From the human T2T-CHM13v2.0 reference genome, Homo sapiens: a DNA stretch of 64,000 bases. Position numbers and translations under genes: made by a program. Below, piece after piece: positions 56,322 through 64,000 of this stretch; position 1 is the stretch's first letter, and every line of letters begins with the position of its first letter. The notes below the pieces were generated by a model. It saw nothing but the letters and a program-made list of their open reading frames with translations. It was not told the origin of the DNA and did no database searches. The stretch lies in assembly GCF_009914755.1 (NCBI RefSeq), contig NC_060941.1. One strand, given 5' to 3'.

Positions 56322-58407
56322 TCAATGAGGTGAGGCTTCTCAAGAAAACAACTGCACTTACACTCCTGTCTGGATACATTTCCCCCTCTCCTTTGATGTC
56401 CCCAGTCTGCCTCTTCTCTGACACTGGCAGTTCTGCCCTGAGGCCCTCTTCTCAGACAGCCCTGCAGCACTTTCTGCTACCCTTCTGTTTGGAACACTCA
56501 GAAGCCAAAGGTGCAACAACCTGTTGTTGACCTTTTCCTGCAGACTCCCCATTTCCTTGGGAGCTGTAGCCCAGGAATCCCGTAGTGGTAGGAGTCTAGC
56601 CCCAAGACTGTAGATCACTTAGGAGTTTCTTCTGTGAGAACATTCACAAAAATCAGAGGGAGGATTTTGCCAGTGAGTGCAGCCATTCCCTGCGAGTCAG
56701 TAACCCTCTGCCCTGCATCCATCCCTGCAGGAAGGACCGGCCAAGAACAATCGCCTCCATGGATGAGCAGCCACCCGCACCGCCCGGGACAGGGCAAGTC
56801 CTCTGCGGCACGGTGCATTCACCATGTAATTAGAGTCTGAGTTGTTTTGCTGAGTCACCCTATGTTTATCACATATTTTGACACTTCCTTGACAGCAAGC
56901 AGATGCCCCAAATTTTGTGTTTGCCCTGCTGGCGGTTACAGTAAATCAATAATAGTAGATAAGAAAAACAAGTAAACATCTCAAGCCCTAAAATGCAATA
57001 AAATCTGTCATTAAAAAAAACGGCTAGGAGGAAATTTGAGGGTTATCCTGCATGAGCCACACCCAGAGCCATGCAGGGAACGAAGTCTGCAGGTCCCCCG
57101 CTCTACCTTGGTGTCACCCAGGCATCTGAGAAACTCATCCACAGAGTCCAGCCCGAAGTTGCCATTCCCCAGAATGAGGAGTCTCCAGGGCTGGAGGAGA
57201 GGCAGTCCCAGGATGCTCAGCTGGTTGCAACCCCTGTCCCCACTTGCATCTCACCCCAATCAATAGCACTATCATCAGGATTCACGTCCCTTTTTTTTTT
57301 TTTTTTATTGAGACAGTGTCTTGCTCTGTCACCCAGGCTGGAGTGCAGTGGTGTGATCTCAGCTCATTGCAACCTCACCTCCCAGGTTCAAGCTATTCTC
57401 CAGCCTCAGCCTCCTGAGTGGCTGGGATTACAGGTGCCTGCCACCACGCCCAGCTAGTTTTTGTATTTTTAGTAGAGACAGGGTTTCATCATGTTGGCCA
57501 AGCTGGTCTCAAACTCCTGACTTCAGGTGATCCGCCCACCTCAGCCTCCTGAAATGCTGGGATTACAGGTGTGAATCACCTTGCCTGGCCTCAGGTCCCA
57601 TTTCTTTCCCATGCAAGAAATGGTGTCGAGAATCAGGACCAGGAAATGTATATGGGTGTGGGCATCCTGTTTTGTCAGAAAGCAACGAAATTATCAAAGA
57701 CAAATTTGTTCCAAGTTCACAGATCCTATTAAATAACTGGCCTGTACTCTTAGGAAATGTCAAGGTCACAAAAGACAAAGAGACTGAGGAGCTATTCCAC
57801 ATTAAGTGACACTATAGAGACAGAGGTAAATGCAGTGTTTAATCATGGATTAGATCCTGGAACAGACTTTTTTTTTTTTTTACATTAAAAACATTGTCGG
57901 TCAACTGGCAAAGTATGAATACACTCATAGATTAAATAATAGAATTGTATGAATATAAGTTTCCTAATATTGATCATTGCTCGCGATTATTTAACAGTAT
58001 GTTCTGTTCTTTACTACAATATTTACAGGAAAAGGACACTGTGATTCATTCTCAAGTGGCTAAAACGATATATATATGTATGCCTATATATGAGAGAGAA
58101 AAATAATTAAACAAATGTGGTAAAATGCTAACTACTGGGGAATCCGGGTGAAGGGCAGATGGGAGTCTGTTGTACTAGCCTTGCAACTTTTCTGTAAGTC
58201 TTATTTCAAACTAAAGAAAAATTACCAAAGGAGGCTGAGCGTGGTGGCTTACGCCTGTAATCCCAGCACTTGGGAGGCTGAGGCAGGCGGATCACCTGAG
58301 GTCAGGAGTTCGAGACCAGCCTAGCCAACATGGTGAAACCCCATCTCTACTAAAAATACAAAAATTAGCTGGGTGTGGTGGTACATGCCTGTAATCTCAG
58401 CTACTCA

Positions 58408-58587
<180 letters not shown>

Positions 58588-58964
58588 CTATATTTTAGTG
58601 AAACCACATAACCAATGAGGGAAAGTTCTTTATAGAATTTATACAGTTCATTGCAAGAGGAATAATAGAATCAGAAAACCATCATTTTACGAACTCCTAC
58701 GACAATGATCATAAATGAACACTAAGACCTTGAGGCAGAAGCTCAGGTTGATGGAGGGAACAGGCTGACTTCATTGGCCAATCCCAGTGTCATCAAACTT
58801 GGGGTGACAAATATAGCCCTGGGAAGAATTCTGGTCACAAATTTGAATGCATTTGCATACAGTCCAGCCTTTAGAGCTCAGCGCAGGAAGTGCATCGCAT
58901 ACCCCCTCAGCCAAATCCAGGTGAATATTCTGTAAGACCTGGCTTCTCTAGCAAATCAATGTCA

Positions 58965-59270
<306 letters not shown>

Positions 59271-59410
59271 TCAAAAAAAAAAAAAAAAAAAAAAGATGAG
59301 GAGACTGTTGTGGAATAAAAGAGACTTGGGGGCACAACTAATTGCAGTGGGTGGCTCTTGTTTGGATTCTGATTTGAACAAACCAACTAATTTCTTATTT
59401 TTTAAATTAA

Positions 59411-59701
<291 letters not shown>

Positions 59702-59768
59702 TAAATAACATTAAGGAATTATTACATGTATTAAAGGTGACAGTGATATGGTGATTATGTTTTTTTAA

Positions 59769-60409
<641 letters not shown>

Positions 60410-60719
60410 TAGAAAATACGGCTGTCATGTCCTTCTTGTCCTTGCCTGGTGGTCTGGTGTCTGCTTTGACCCCCACCACCCCGCCAAACCTCATCACCTG
60501 CCCTTCAACAAAAAGTAACTCAATATGTGGCCAAGACCTCCAGCTTATATAGCATGGTCAAAAAAGACCAATAAAGTTGTAGGTAAGAGATAGGACAAAA
60601 GTAAGTGGCTGTAGGCTTTTAAGGGTGGGAAACTGGGAGAACACTAAAGGAGGAAGGAAGGTTTGTAGATTCCTCTGGTGCCCTCTCTGGGCTGGTAAGT
60701 CTCGAGTGGTCTCCAGTAA

Positions 60720-61108
<389 letters not shown>

Positions 61109-62311
61109 TAAATTGCCTTTAGCTCAAAATAATTTTTATGCCACAGTGGCATATTTTGGGGCATAATATTCTGGTTTCTTACACTTGCAAGTGTCGTTCC
61201 CAAGTGCACGCCCCACTAAACTGCTTGTGCACAAATCTCCATAGGACCTGTTTCCAGGTGACTCAAGCTCAGGCAATCAGTCCCAGGAGTGGTCCTAACA
61301 AACAGACTCTAACATGGGATTTGAAGCTGGATCACCCTCTGACAGTGAGGACCCCATCACTAACCTATGTAGGGTACTGATAGCCCAAAGTTGTCAAAAC
61401 TTTCCCTGAAGGTAGCCTGGATGGAATCATGGTGGAACAGAACCGACTATCTCCAAGGCCTCCAACAGGAGAGGGTCATTTTATACCTCCTTATGCGCCA
61501 GTGTGGAGTGGAAGAGTCAGGACACATTCCAGGGTAGGGGGAGAGGACACGGTACCCTTGAAATTTGTTTATTTTGATGACTGACGAAGACAGGATTTAT
61601 ATTCTCAGGGCAAAAAGTTCAAACATTAGAGATAAAGCTAAAGCCTTTTCCTTCTCTCCCTCCTTCCCTCCTTTCTTTTCTTTTCTTTCTTCTTTCTTTT
61701 TCTTCTTTTTGAGACAGGGTCTTATTCTGTTTCCCAAGCTGGAGTGCAGTAGTGCAAACAGGGCTCACTGCAGCCTCAACCTCCTGGGCTCAAGGGATTC
61801 TCGCACCTCAGCCCCCTGAGTAGCTGAGACTATAGGTGTGCACCACCACACCTGGCTAATTTTTAAATTTTTCTTTAATTTTTACTTTATTTATTTATTT
61901 ATTTATTTATTCGTATAGAGATAAGGTCTTGCTATGTTACCCAGGCTGTTTTTGAGCTCCTGAGCTCAAGTGATACTCCCATCTCAGCCTCCCAAAGTGC
62001 TGGGATTACAGGCATGAGCTACTGAATCTGGCCTTCTGATTTTTCTGTAGAGACGAGTCTCACCATGTTGCTGAGGCTGGTCTCAAACTCATGGATTCAA
62101 TCAATCCTCCCACTTTTGTTGCGGTAAACTGAGGAACGGAGAGACCAATATGGCCTCCCAAAGTTTAAAGCCTTTCTTTACTATCACACTTGTCTTTAAG
62201 GGCGGAGGGGAGAGCCTTTCTTGGCAACCATTTCAATCCCACTGTTAGTAGTATGTTATATACCCCTCTCTATAGAACTCTCTAGGTAATATTTATGAGG
62301 GTGTAACATAA

Positions 62312-62590
<279 letters not shown>

Positions 62591-64000
62591 TAGCTAGGCT
62601 GCTCTCAAACTCCTGACCTTTGGATCTGCCCACCTCGGCCTCCCATAGTGCTGGGATTACAAGCATGAGCCATTGCGCCCGGCCGACCATGTGTCTTAAG
62701 GATCTTTCCTTGTAGGTAGGTAGCATGGCTTCATCCCTTTTAACTGCTGCTAACTGCTGCATAATAGCCTGTAAGTTAGGCTGTTCCCAATTTTTCTTAT
62801 CACACAGATGTTGTTGTAAACATCCCTGGACATATTTCCGTGGACTCCAAAATGTTTCTCTAGGGCAGATATATGTAGGATTATTCCATCATAGCGTATC
62901 TTGTTTACATTTTAATAAATTATATAAAATTGCTTGACCATTTATTAAAGTTAATACAATTTTAATAATTATATCATATTACTATTAGCAGAGTGTAATA
63001 TGACTTTCCCTATACCCTTGACAAAATATGACATTATCAACCTTTCAATATTTTGGTGCTCTGGTAGTTTAAGAATTTTTTTAAAAGATTATTGCTTTCA
63101 TTTGCATTTGTCTGATTACTGAGGTTGAGCATCTTTTTTCATATTTATTGACCACTTGCTTCAATGAATTTTCATACCCTTTGCTATGTTCTTTTCTTTC
63201 TCTGCAATTTAAAATAGAAAATAAAACACCCAGGTAAACAAAACCTAGACATTCTTGTGTGTGTATAATTTTTTTTTCCCGTTGTGATAAACTGCAACTG
63301 CAGTTTCTCAAATGCCTTCAACCTGAAATAATCAATTTACTAAATCTGCATTTTTCTTTTTTGAGACAGGGTCTCGCTCTGTCACTCAAGCTGGAGTGCA
63401 ACTGATCATGGCTCACTGCAGCTGTGTCCTCCTGGGCTCAAGCAATCCTTCCACTTCAGCCTTCCCAGGTAGCTGACACTACAAGCACGCGCCACCACGC
63501 TCAGCTAATTTAAAAAAAAATTTTTTTTTTGTAGATTTGGGGTCCCTCTATTGCTCAGGCTGGTTTTGAACTCCTGGGCTCAAGTAATCCTACCACTTCA
63601 GCCTCCCAAAGTCTTGGGATTACAGGCATGAGCCCTGCACCTGGCCCCAATCTGCATATTTTCAGGTTGATCATCCTTAATTCCTTCAGTGGATAACATA
63701 CATTCACATTGTTGTGCAACCATTGCCACCATCCATCTCCAGAACTTTTTCATCTTCCCCAACTGAAACTCTGTAGCCATTAGACAATAACTCTCCAGGC
63801 CAGGTGCGGTGGCTCACGCCTGTAATCCCAGCACTTTGGGAGGCCGAGGTGGATGGATCACTTGAAGTCAGGAATTTGAGACCAGCCTGGCCAACATGTT
63901 GAAACCCCATCTCTACTAAAAATACAAAAATTAGCCAGGCGTGTTGGCACGTGCCTGGAATCCCAGCTACTCTGGAGCTTGAGGCACGAGAATGTCTTGA

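Overview
Primate, almost certainly human, Alu-dense genomic DNA. It contains the complete ST6GALNAC1 gene (sialyl-Tn synthase) on the minus strand: 9 coding exons from ATG 40410 to TGA 22102, 1803 nt, 600 aa, all introns GT-AG. Downstream of the gene are three co-oriented ERV elements with intact target-site duplications (TSDs): a 5.6-kb HERV-H provirus, a solo HERV-W LTR17 inside an Alu, and a solo LTR12. Intron 1 carries a composite SVA insertion with apparent nested 3' transductions, a truncated U6 retrocopy and an LTR15-like solo LTR. Upstream are a Tigger1 containing a PTMA processed pseudogene, a full-length U6 copy and a possible decayed coding segment. The most striking unexplained structure is a cryptic double inversion at about 46.26-47.21 kb. 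It flips the PTMA 3' end, one TSD copy and two Tigger1 blocks, and has a fold-back palindrome at one junction. Most ORFs in the track are Alu or simple-repeat artefacts. Repeat family names come from recalled consensus sequences, not a database search.
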